Shown here in pieces: positions 33,181 to 43,327 of a stretch of DNA of 64,000 bases. The position numbers and the translations under genes are program-made. Numbering within the stretch: the stretch's first letter is position 1; each line of letters starts with the position of its first letter. Below the pieces are notes generated by a model. The model had not been told where the DNA came from and made no database searches. It worked only from the letters and a program-made list of their open reading frames with translations. The stretch comes from Rebecca billardiae RCC1528 (lineage: Eukaryota; Protista; Haptophyta): the NCBI GenBank assembly GCA_965240325.2, contig OZ251223.1:1488001-1552000 (forward strand), read 5' to 3'.

Positions 33181-34613
33181 CTGCAGGAGACCCCTTCAGG
33201 GAAATCGGCCTTGGCTTGGGTCAGCGCGCCGCTGGCTTATCTCCTAAACCCCTGGACGGGTAAATACAGGTCCCCCCCCCCCGCGCGCGAGGCAGGCCTG
33301 CCGGGGCAGACAACTCGTCTGATGTGACACGGGTATACTTGCAGCAGCGATCTGTGATAGGGCATGCGAGTACACCGGACGCGTTCTGTTCTCCGATACA
33401 GACTTGCGATCGTGGTCTACTTCGAGCGTGCAATAATGTCTTTAGCGGCTTCGATGCATCGCCGTCTCAAGCACCGGCAGCCTGGGCGCTGCTGGCACGC
33501 CACTGACAGCAGTGACGTGCTGAGTCAGAGTGCTGACTCTGCGCTCTGATCTGGTACAAGCAACAAGTAGTCCCGGGTTGAGGTTCTTCAAGGCCTACCG
33601 CACCTAGTAGGCACACGTGCGCAGAAGGCATGCTGTCAAACGTTGCCTCGCGCTGTCAGCCGAACACACACAGCATTGCCACAACAGCGCTGAGCTGAGC
33701 GCTCCAGTAGGCTGGCGGGTGGCGGAGGTGTTCCGCAACAAGGCGATAGCTGACATCACGCCCCCGCTGGCATCATGTTCACAGTGCAGCACGATCGATG
33801 GGATGGCCGAGGCGCGGGCGATGCCGCGCGCAGGCCTGCCTCGCGCGCGCGCGCGCCGGCGCGCAGCACTACACGGCTTTCCCAGCTCGACGCCTGCGGT
33901 CGGAGCGAGCTCGAGCACTGCTTGTGTGCAATCCCCACGCGCGGCACGATCGTGAGGGCTAAGATGGTCGTTCTGACACTCCGCACGCGGCTTGGCGCAT
34001 GGCACGTAGTCTACAGCTGCCGCATACGCTGCGTGCCGCCTCGTCCTGAACGCCGATGTGTTGCTTGGCGGCGCCGAGCGTCCGAGCGGTCAGCCCGGCC
34101 ACTGCCTGGGCTCGGCTGCGCAACGCGCGGTGCTCGTGGTCGGGAGGCTCCGCACAGCCGGCATCGCGAAAGCCCGACGGCGTATGCTCACCAATGACCA
34201 TGCCATGCGCCCACGCGCCGGGCCTGATGCGCCACAAGCGGCTCGGTGTGCGCCCGTGCTTTCGGCGCGCCCAGGCGGGCCGCGAGGCCGCAGGCACAAG
34301 CGCGCTGCGCGGCGGCGGAGGAGGGCGTGCGGGCACGCCCCGAGGGCGCGGGCGGGTGCCACGCACCCCAGCGCTGGTGTGCGACCGCCAATGCCGGCCC
34401 GCCGCGCCCGTGCCCGGCTGTGCGCGGCCGTGCACGGCCGCGAGGCCGCGCGCATGCGTGCACGGCATATGATCTGAGCGGTATTCCGTATGATCTCCCT
34501 GACCCAAGCCAAGCCGCGAGTGGCTTGGGTGCGACCCAAGCCACCAGCGGCGCGCTGACCCAAGCCAAGGGAGTCACAAGCCAAGGCCGATTTCCCTGAA
34601 GGGGTCTCTGCAG
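33181..34613. mobile_element. Degenerate element bounded by ~55-bp inverted repeats
   Basis: 33181-33235 (CTGCAGGAGACCCCTTCAGGGAAATCGGCCTTGGCTTGGGTCAGCGCGCCGCTGG) is the reverse complement of 34544-34613, which carries a 16-nt insertion. An ACCCAAGCC motif is repeated at 34501-34585. Confidence 0.55.
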
Positions 34614-34729
34614 GCCAAGCAAGTCCGGGTGGGCACGACCCACTGAGCCGGTCAGCAGGACGGAAAGCAGCACCGGCAACCGGGTGCGCAGGCCTGGGCA
34701 CAGCCTCCGTGAGCGCCCGGCGCAGTCCG

Positions 34730-36397
34730 ATGGCGGGCGATGCCGCGGTCCGCATGCTCCGGCGCAGGGCGGGGCGGGGCGACACACGTGCGACCTTCCT
34801 GCTGGCGACGCGCACCGAATCGGGCGACGGCGTCGCCCGGGACGTCGGCGAGGCGGCTCGCCTCTATGCCATCGCTGCGAATCGCGGGTTTGCGCAAGCG
34901 CAGCGACGGTTGGGCGAGATCGAGGCGGCCGTCCCGAATTGGGCCGAGGCTGCGCGCTGGTATCGGCTGGCGGCCGAGCAGGGCGATGCAGCTGCGCAGG
35001 TCAACCTGGGCTTGTGCTACGGACGAGGCGAGGGCGTGCCGCTGGATGTCGTAGAGGCTGCGCGCTTGTACCGGCTGGCGGCAGAGCAGGGCGATGCAGC
35101 TGCGCAGAGCAACCTGGGCGTGTGCTACAAACGAGGCCAGGGCGTGCTGCAGGATACGGCTGAGGCTGTGCGCTGGTACCGGTTGGCGGCCGAGCAGGGC
35201 GATGCACATGCGCAGTACAACCTGGGCATGTGCTACGAACGAGGCGAGGGCGTGCCGCAGGATGTGGCCGAGGCGGTGCGCTGGTTCCGGCTGGCCGCCG
35301 AGCAGGGCGATGCAGCTGCGCAGTACACCCTGGGCTGGTGCTACAAGCGAGGCGAGGGCGTGCCGCAGGATATGGCTGAGGCGGTGCGCTGGTTCCGGCT
35401 GGCAGCCGAGCAGGGCAATGCACATGCGCAGTACAACCTGGGCTGGTGCCACGAACGAGGCGAGGGCGTGCCGCAGGATACGGCTGAGGCGGTGCGCTGG
35501 TACCGGCTGGCAGCCGAGCAGGGCGATGCAAATGCGCAGACCAACCTGGGCAGGAGCTACGAACGAGGCGAGGGCGTGCCGCAAGATATGGCTGAGGCGG
35601 TGCGCTTGTACCGGCTGGCGGCCGAGCAGGGCAATGCAGCTGCGCAGAACAACCTGGGCAGGTGTCACAAGCGAGGTGAGGGCATGTCGCAGGATACGGC
35701 TGAGGCGGTGCGCTGGTACCGGCTGGCGGCCGAGCAGGGCGATGCAGCTGCGCAGAACAACCTGGGCTGGTGCTACGAACGAGGCGAGGGCGTGCCGCAG
35801 GATATGGCCGAGGCAGTGCGCTGGTTCCGGCTGGCGGCAGAGCAGGGCAATGCAACTGCGCAGTGCAAGCTGGGCTGGTGCTACGCACGAGGCGAGGGCG
35901 TGCAGCAGGATATGGCCGAGGCGGTGCGCTGGTTCCGGCTGGCGGCCGAGCAGGGCGACGCAACTGCGCAGAACAACATGGGCGAGCTCTACGCACAAGG
36001 CGAGGGCGTGCCGCAGGATATGGCTGAGGCGATGCGCTGGTACCGGCTGGCCATCGACGGCGGCGACCCAGAAGCCCACTCGGCATTGGCGCGCCTGCTA
36101 CTTGCAGGCGAGACCGTGCAGCGCGACGTGGCTGAGGGAGTGCGGCTGCTGCGCCGAGGGCACGAGCTTGACGGCTCCGTGGTGGATCCGAGCAAGGTGC
36201 TCGGCGACTATGCTGTAGATCGCGAGGTGGCCGCGGCGTGCTGCATGGTGTGCGCCAAGCTGGGCCGCGGCGTGAAGAAGTGCGAGCGGTGCCTCGTGGC
36301 TGTCTTCTGCTGCCGCGAGCACCTGCGGAGCGCATGGAAAACGCACAAGCAGCATTGCACGGAGTGGTGCGCCGCGGCTGCTGTGAAGTTTGACTGA
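34730..36397 (+). CDS. SEL1-like repeat protein (10 x 36 aa) with C-terminal MYND-type zinc finger (paralogue B)
   Basis: N-cap and C-terminal domain are near-identical to 2962..6039, but the 10 repeats differ in sequence. ATG at 34730. Confidence 0.93.
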   Translation: MAGDAAVRMLRRRAGRGDTRATFLLATRTESGDGVARDVGEAARLYAIAANRGFAQAQRRLGEIEAAVPNWAEAARWYRLAAEQGDAAAQVNLGLCYGRGEGVPLDVVEAARLYRLAAEQGDAAAQSNLGVCYKRGQGVLQDTAEAVRWYRLAAEQGDAHAQYNLGMCYERGEGVPQDVAEAVRWFRLAAEQGDAAAQYTLGWCYKRGEGVPQDMAEAVRWFRLAAEQGNAHAQYNLGWCHERGEGVPQDTAEAVRWYRLAAEQGDANAQTNLGRSYERGEGVPQDMAEAVRLYRLAAEQGNAAAQNNLGRCHKRGEGMSQDTAEAVRWYRLAAEQGDAAAQNNLGWCYERGEGVPQDMAEAVRWFRLAAEQGNATAQCKLGWCYARGEGVQQDMAEAVRWFRLAAEQGDATAQNNMGELYAQGEGVPQDMAEAMRWYRLAIDGGDPEAHSALARLLLAGETVQRDVAEGVRLLRRGHELDGSVVDPSKVLGDYAVDREVAAACCMVCAKLGRGVKKCERCLVAVFCCREHLRSAWKTHKQHCTEWCAAAAVKFD

Positions 36398-36509
36398 TGA
36401 GTGCTGATCAGGCTGAGAGTGAGACTTCTGCCGGCGGTGAATGGGTTACGATGAATCGGTGACGGACGAATCTTGACGACGCTGCCGATGACGATCTGAT
36501 TGATTTTCG

Positions 36510-36572
36510 CATATATACACACACACACACACACATATATATATACATATATATACATATATATACATATAT
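36510..36572. repeat. (CA)n/(TA)n compound microsatellite
   Basis: Direct reading; it abuts the 3' hairpin of the HB element. Confidence 0.95.
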
Positions 36573-38687
36573 GACCGCGTTCCGCGGTCCTTTTCCGTAG
36601 ATACTATATATACTGCTATGACCGCGTTCCGCGGTCTTTTTCCGTAGAACGAACGTAGTTCGGGGCCCGCGGCGCACCCTCCGTCGGCTGCTGTCTCAGT
36701 CTGACATGTGTAACAGTTCGCCTGAGCTGCCACCGCCAACTCAGTCACTGCCGCCCACCGGGCCGGCGGGCCGAGGACTGTCGCCGCGGGTCCGCGGGCC
36801 GCCGCGGGGACTAGCGGCCGGCGCGCGCGCGCAGGCAGGGCGAGAGGCGCTGGCGCGGCGCGAGCCGGCGCGTGCGCGCGAGCGGGCGCACCTGCTTGAG
36901 GTACTCGCCCTGCGCCATGCGCTCGACGACGGGCCGCTGGTCGCTCGTGCCGGCAGAGCGAGAGCGCGCGCCACTGCTGGCCCCGGCCTGCCGGCTGCGC
37001 AGCCTCGCACCGAGACCGACCGAGCGGAGCTCGGGGCGGTGGAACGAGGCGAGCGGCGCGTCGCGCCTGCCGCCGCGCGTGCGCGCCTGCTCCACCGCGC
37101 CGCCGTGCTCGACCGCCGCCTCCTCCGCCGCGTCGGCCTCGAAGACGGCGGCTGCCAGCGGCAGGCTGAGCCGCGCGCCGGCTCACTCACACTGTGAGTC
37201 ACACCCGCGGTCGCCTCGACAGCCAACTATCCACAGCTGCTCGAGCTGCTGGAGGGCGCCGCGACGATGGCGGCGCGGGCGCCCAGCGCGTCCGTTGCCG
37301 CGTCGCTCAGCTCGTCGAGCTCGGCGCCGCACTTCGCCAGCTTGGCGCCTAGCGCCTCCGCGTGTCACGTGCTCGTGCACGTCAGCCTGCTGATACGCCG
37401 CCGCCCATCGGCACTTCTGGCATCTGCGCGCGCAGCTGCTGCAGCTCGACGGCGGAGTCGTCGCGGCTGGCGGCGAGGGTGCGCACCGCGTCGATTGCCG
37501 AGGCCTGCAGCCCGGTGATCGCCGCGTCGACGCGCGCGGCGATTTCCCCACGCAGCCTCCTCGCGCCACGTGGCCGCCGCTCGCGTGGCAGGCAGCTGGG
37601 CGCCGCTGCGCGACCCGGAACCGGCGCGCGTTTCACTGATGCTCCTGCTCGTCCTCACGCTGCTGCACCTCCGCGCCGCCGTCGACCGAGTTGAGGAGGA
37701 GCTCGCGCTCGGCGTCGAGGCGCGAGCTCGCGTGCTCGAGCTCGCCCTTCAGCCGCGCGAGCTCCGGGCGCATCCGGCTCATCAGCTCTGCCGCGCTGCC
37801 CGCTCGCTCGCAGCGGCGCGCTCTGCTCCGGGCCGCCGTCGACTGAGTTGAGGAGGAGCTCGGGCTCGGCGTCGAGGCGCGAGCTCGCGTGCTCGAGCTC
37901 GCCCTTCAGCCGCGCGAGCTCCGGGCGCATCCGGCTCATCAGCTCTGCCGCGCCGCTCGCTCGGCGGCGGCGGGCGGCGCGCTCTGCTCCGGTCGGCGAG
38001 CGACGAGCTCGCGTGCTCCGGACTCGGCTCGCCCTTGCGCGCTGCTCCTCGAGTGACGAACGCGCCCGCGGGCAGGTTGTTGCCCGTCGCCCCCGCCGCG
38101 ATCTCGCCGCCCCCGCCGCGATCTCGTCGCGCATGTGTCCGTGGCGCGCGCCTGCGAGGTGACAGGCGGGCCGCGAGCTCAGCCTCGGGGAGAGCGGAGC
38201 GAGGAGAGGGCGAGACGCGCGGCCTGCGAGGCGACAGGCGCGCTCGGGGAGAGCATTTTACCATTCACATTTACAAGTGATCAAGTTTCCCGTGCGCCTG
38301 CGAGGCGACAGGCGCGCTCGGGGAGAGCATTTTACCATTCACATTTACAAGTGATCAAGTTTCCCGAGCCCTTGCCTTGCCGTTTTTATCGGTTGGCGGT
38401 TGGTGGCAATCTCATACTTAAAATCGCGCTCGTAACGAACCGTTACGTTAATGTCACGTCCAGCTGACGTCCAGATCGCACTTTACTTAAGGGAATGAGC
38501 TGGACGCGCTTATTTTCGGCCTAATAGACCTCTCTATGCGATCTCAAAAACTCGAAACTCGGTCTCCGCCAGCCCTAAAAATCGCCCCCCGTCCCTTTTT
38601 TCTTGATCAAAGATCTTTTTGAAACGTGGTTCGGGCCCGCTGGTGCGGGCTCCACGCTGCGCGCTCCGCCCTGCACCGCGGGCCAAG
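36570..38687 (-). mobile_element. Non-autonomous Helentron/Helitron2-like element, family HB, copy 1 (duplicated 3' end)
   Basis: 5' GGCCCGCGGTGCA (38684-38672) within a 5' hairpin; 3' inverted copy at 36664-36676; 27-nt spacer; hairpin GACCGCG-GAA-CGCGGTC (36636-36620); a second hairpin copy at 36573-36589. Confidence 0.8.
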
Positions 38688-39323
38688 ATACTATATATAC
38701 TGCTAATATAGCGTTAGATCGATGAACGAATAACGTAGTTCGGGGCCCGCGGTGGCGGTGCACCCGCCTCCGGAGTCCGGACGTCGCAGTCGTCTAAATA
38801 TTGATGCTGACGACCAGTTGTGACATGCCCACACACTCACTTACTGAAGTTACGCTGTTTATTCTGAAGAGTGTGCTTCACTTCAGAGGAGAAGGATAAT
38901 AGGAGACGACTCTGACCAAGATTCTTTACTCGTTGAATTGGAACCAGCAAACCAAAAGTATACATCAGGGCCATCAGCAGGAGAATCACGAACGGCCCGC
39001 CATACATATCAGAAAGGTGCAGGCGCCTAGTCTTCCTATTTATTGATGAGTTCGCATTCTTCGATTACTTACTATATCCAAACGGATTCGGATTAATACG
39101 GGCGCAGGGGAGAATCCCACATATTGACGCAATCAACCCGTCATCAAGGGGGTTGAATGTCGTCATTCATTGTAACCAGCTTTCCCCAGGCTGCAAAAAG
39201 TACAAAATCCCCACCAGCATCACGCGCGCCATTATTTTTTTTGATTTCGCGGATCACGTGCCCCCCCCCCCCCCCCGGCTTTCGCTCACGCTCAGACCTT
39301 TCCGGGGGCCGGGGGGGGGGCAT
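38686..39323 (-). mobile_element. Short chimeric Helentron-like element (HA-like 5' region, HB-like 3' region)
   Basis: 39030-39323 aligns by eye with 10930-11173 (shared CCGGCTTTCGCTCACGCTCAGACCTTTC). 38686-38752 shares GATACTATATATACTGCTA and ACGTAGTTCGGGGCCCGCGG with 36600-36672. Confidence 0.65.
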
Positions 39324-39336
39324 AGATATACGCTAT

Positions 39337-41350
39337 TATGGCCCGCGGTGCAGGGCGGAGCGCGCAGCGTGGAGCCCGCACCAGCGGGCCCGAACCACGT
39401 TTCAAAAAGATCTTTGATCAAGAAAAAAGGGACGGGGGGCGATTTTTAGGGCTGGCGGAGACCGAGTTTCGAGTTTTTGAGATCGCATATAGAGAGGTCT
39501 ATTAGGCCGAAAATAAGCGCGCCCAGCTGATTCCCTTAAGTAAAGTGCGATCTGGACGTCAGCTGGACGTGACATTAGTTAGTGTAACGGTTCGTTACGA
39601 GCGCGATTTTAAGTATGAGATTGCCGCCAACCGCCAACCGATAAAAACGGCAAGGCAAGGGCTCGGGAAACTTGATCACTTCTAAATGTGAATAGTAAAA
39701 TGCTCTCCCCGAGCGCGCCTGTCGCCTCGCAGGCCGCGCGTCTCGCTCCCTCTCCCCGAGGCTGAGCTCGCGGCCCGCCTGTCACCTCGCAGGCGCGCGC
39801 CACGGACACATGCGCGACGAGATCGCGGCGGGGGCGGCGAGATCGCGGCGGGGGCGACGGGCAACAACCTGCCCGCGGGCGCGTTCGTCACTCGAGGAGC
39901 AGCGCGCAAGGGCGAGCCGAGTCCGGAGCACGCGAGCTCGTCGCTCGCCGACCGGAGCAGAGCGCGCCGCCCGCCGCCGCCGAGCGAGCGGCGCGGCAGA
40001 GCTGATGAGCCGGATGCGCCCGGAGCTCGCGCGGCTGAAGGGCGAGCTCGAGCACGCGAGCTCGCGCCTCGACGCCGAGCCCAAGCTCCTCCTCAACTCA
40101 GTCGACGGCGGCGCGGAGGTCCGGCAGCAGCGTGAGGACTCACAGACACAGACAGTAGTGTGAGTGAGCCGCGCGCAGCTCAGCCTGCCGCTGGCAGCCG
40201 CCGTCTTCGAGGCCGACGCGGCGGAGGAGGCGGCGGGCGACGAGATCGCGGCGGGGGCGGCGAGATCGCGGCGGGGGCGACGGGCAACAACCTGCCCGCG
40301 GGCGCGTTCGTCACTCGAGGCCAGCAGCGCGCAAGGGCGAGCCGAGTCCGGAGCACGCGAGCTCGTCGCTCGCCGACCGGAGCAGAGCGCGCCGCCCGCC
40401 GCCGCCGAGCGAGCGGCGCGGCAGAGCTGATGAGCCGGATGCGCCCGGAGCTCGCGCGGCTGAAGGGCGAGCTCGAGCACGCGAGCTCGCGCCTCGACGC
40501 CGAGCGCGAGCTCCTCCTCAACTCGGTCGACGGCGGCGCGGAGGTCCGGCAGCAGCGTGAGGACTCACAGACAGTGTGAGTGAGCCGCGCGCAGCTCAGC
40601 CTGCCGCTGGCAGCCGCCGTCTTCGAAGCCGACGCGGCGGAGGAGGCGGCGGGCGAGCACGGCGGCGCGGTGGAGCAGGCGCGCACGCGCGGCGGCAGGC
40701 GCGACGCGCCGCTCGCCTCGTTCCACCGCCCCGAGCTCCGCTCGGTCGGTCTCGGTGCGCGGCTGCGCAGCCGGCAGGCCGGCGGGCCAGCAGTCTGCAG
40801 TGGCGCGCGCTCTCGCTCTGCCGGCACGAGGCGTGCCGGCTGAGCGACCAGCGGCCCGTCGTCGAGCGCATGGCGCAGGGCGAGTACCTCAAGCAGGTGC
40901 GCCCGCTCGCGCGCACGCGCCGGCTCGCGACCAGCGGCCCTTCGTCGAGCGCATGGCGCAGCGCGAGCACCTTGCAAGCTGAAGCAGGTGCGCCCGCACG
41001 CGCGCACGCGCCGGCCCGGCGCCGCGCGGCGCCTCTCGCCCTCTCGCCCTGCGCGCGCCGCCGCCCCGCTTCCCCGCGCGGCCCGTCCGCGCCTCTCGCC
41101 CTGCGAGCGCGCCGCCCCGCTTCCCCGCGCGGCCCGTCCGCTGGTGTCCCATGCCACCCTTGGCCGTGCGCGCCCGCATACTCGCGCCGAGTCCGAGACT
41201 CGGTCTCGGGTCTGACTCTCCCTCTCAGAGTGGCTGAACTGTCTTTCTGACTCGGACTGACTGACTCGTCAGTCTCATTCTCAACCACTGCGCCGCGGGC
41301 CCCGAACTGCGTTGGTTCTACGGAAAAGGACCGCGGAACGCGGTCATTAC
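39337..41350 (+). mobile_element. Non-autonomous Helentron/Helitron2-like element, family HB, copy 2
   Basis: TAT-GGCCCGCGGTGCA (39340-39352) pairs with GCACC-A-GCGGGCC to form a 5' hairpin. 3' TGCGCCGCGGGCC at 41289-41301, 27-nt spacer, hairpin at 41329-41345. Internal ~420-bp tandem duplication. Confidence 0.8.
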
Positions 41351-41862
41351 TATACCGAGACAACAGGCAGAGCCCACACTATGCTGCAGGCTGCTGCCGA
41401 GTTACGTGACGACACGACTCACGAGGGCCGGGGGCGGTCCTGGACCTGGAGGCTCGGGACCAACTACCTGGCCTTGGGAACCGGTCATTGATCACTCATT
41501 CATCCGGGCATCAGTTTGAGAATCAGTTTCCTTCCTACTTATAAATCCTACCGCCTTGGACTTGGTCTTGTCTAGTGGGGTCAGAGCTCCGACCGAACGT
41601 TACACTCCCGGGTGCCACAATATCTCCCGAAATCTCGTCTTAGCATGACCTTTCACACGCGGGTATATACTTGGACGAACCAGTTAGTAGGCGTAGTTAA
41701 GGCTTAATTCCAGGGTGTAGAATCCGCCTGTGCCAATTCCAGACTGCCAAAATGTGATCTAGCCGGTGCGATTCCGGTGCAAATAGCGAGATCACCTTGG
41801 TGATCGTACGTACATATCTCCCCTACTAAAGTTGCCGAGATCGCGTCGAGATTGAGGTCACA

Positions 41863-41975
<113 letters not shown>

Positions 41976-42617
41976 CAGTAAGTTATAATGTGACATTTTG
42001 GTTCGGCAAAACTTGTCAGTGTGACCCCAGGTCATTTCAGGCGAATATTGACATCCCGAAGTTTGAGAGCCTTGAGCATCTCAAGCAGACGACAGAACTG
42101 AGTTGGATTTTGGGCCGTACACACCCCACAGGCCACAGTGGGGCTCTGACCCCTCTAGCTAGGTCTTGTCATCGGATGACCCGCGGACGGCCGGAGCCAC
42201 GGGAGCCCACTAGCTGTCCGTGCGGGCCGCCCTACCGTAGTAGGCTACTAGTACTACTAGGGCGTTACTACTAGCAGTACTTACCACTAGCCGAGTAGCA
42301 GTGAGACGCTGAGGACTTCGCTTGAGCCTTGATTGATCGTCAAGTCGTCGGTCTCAAGACTCAAGCTCAGTAGTCAGTGCCACTGCCTACGGCTAGTCCG
42401 TACTCGTAGTCGCCCTTCTTATCGGCGGATCTATGACGGGCGCCACGTCAGAGGAATACTTTATGGCGCGGAATTACTACGACTAGTGCGCGCACGTCCT
42501 TTAGAACAGAGAACTAAGCACGACGACATTGTCATTGATCGCGACGGCCCGTGATGAATTCTGAAAGTTGAGTGAAGTTCCGCGCCGCAAGGGCAGGGGC
42601 GAGCAGCCAGCGCGACG

Positions 42618-43091
42618 CTATTCAGCGCAGCCCGGCAGAAGCGCCTGAAGCTGCGCGAGCGTCACTCCTCTGCTGTCCGGGTGACTCGCCACGCCTGCCA
42701 CGTGCAGCATCTCGTCGATGTCCTCTTCTGATGCGTGGAGCCCGTATTTGTGTAGCGCCTCGCGCACCTCGGCGCGACTGAGCGCGCCGTCCTCGTCGGT
42801 ATCGATGAGCCTGAACAGGTCGCTCGCAGAGGTTTGCAAGTTGAGGATGCCCTGCATCATGCGCAGGAACTCGTCCAGGGAGATTTGGCCGTCACCATCC
42901 TCGTCCACGGCAGCCACCATGCGCTGCGCGTCCTCCAGAGTCGCCGCGGCGTCAAACTTGGCCAGCACGGCACTCAGCTCGAGGGCGGTGATGGCACCCG
43001 AGCCGTCCTGATCAAGCACGTCGTACACCTGTTTGAGCTCTTCTTGCTGAGCGGCCGTGAGCTGCCTCTGCGCCGCGCCGACGCCCGGCAT
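42618..43091 (-). CDS. Calmodulin/centrin-like EF-hand protein
   Basis: EF loops DQDGSGAITALE, DEDGDGQISLDE and DTDEDGALSRAE; the fourth is degenerate. Confidence 0.9.
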   Translation of the reverse strand: MPGVGAAQRQLTAAQQEELKQVYDVLDQDGSGAITALELSAVLAKFDAAATLEDAQRMVAAVDEDGDGQISLDEFLRMMQGILNLQTSASDLFRLIDTDEDGALSRAEVREALHKYGLHASEEDIDEMLHVAGVASHPDSRGVTLAQLQALLPGCAE

Positions 43092-43327
43092 CAGGCGTTC
43101 AAAGCGAGACGGTCCCCCGCGCGGCGCGCCCGACGGTGCCGGTTCAAAGGCCCGGACTACGCTTTTTCTGCAACGGCGGAAGATGCCTCATGCCTTCGAA
43201 CCCGCCTGCCTCCGGGCCGTCGAGATCACGATCCGAGATTCGTCGAATCGTCGGCGCTCCGAGTGACGGATCCCTTTTGCTTGCTCTCTCACGGCCGCGG
43301 CTCTCGCTCCGCGTAATCACCGACAGC

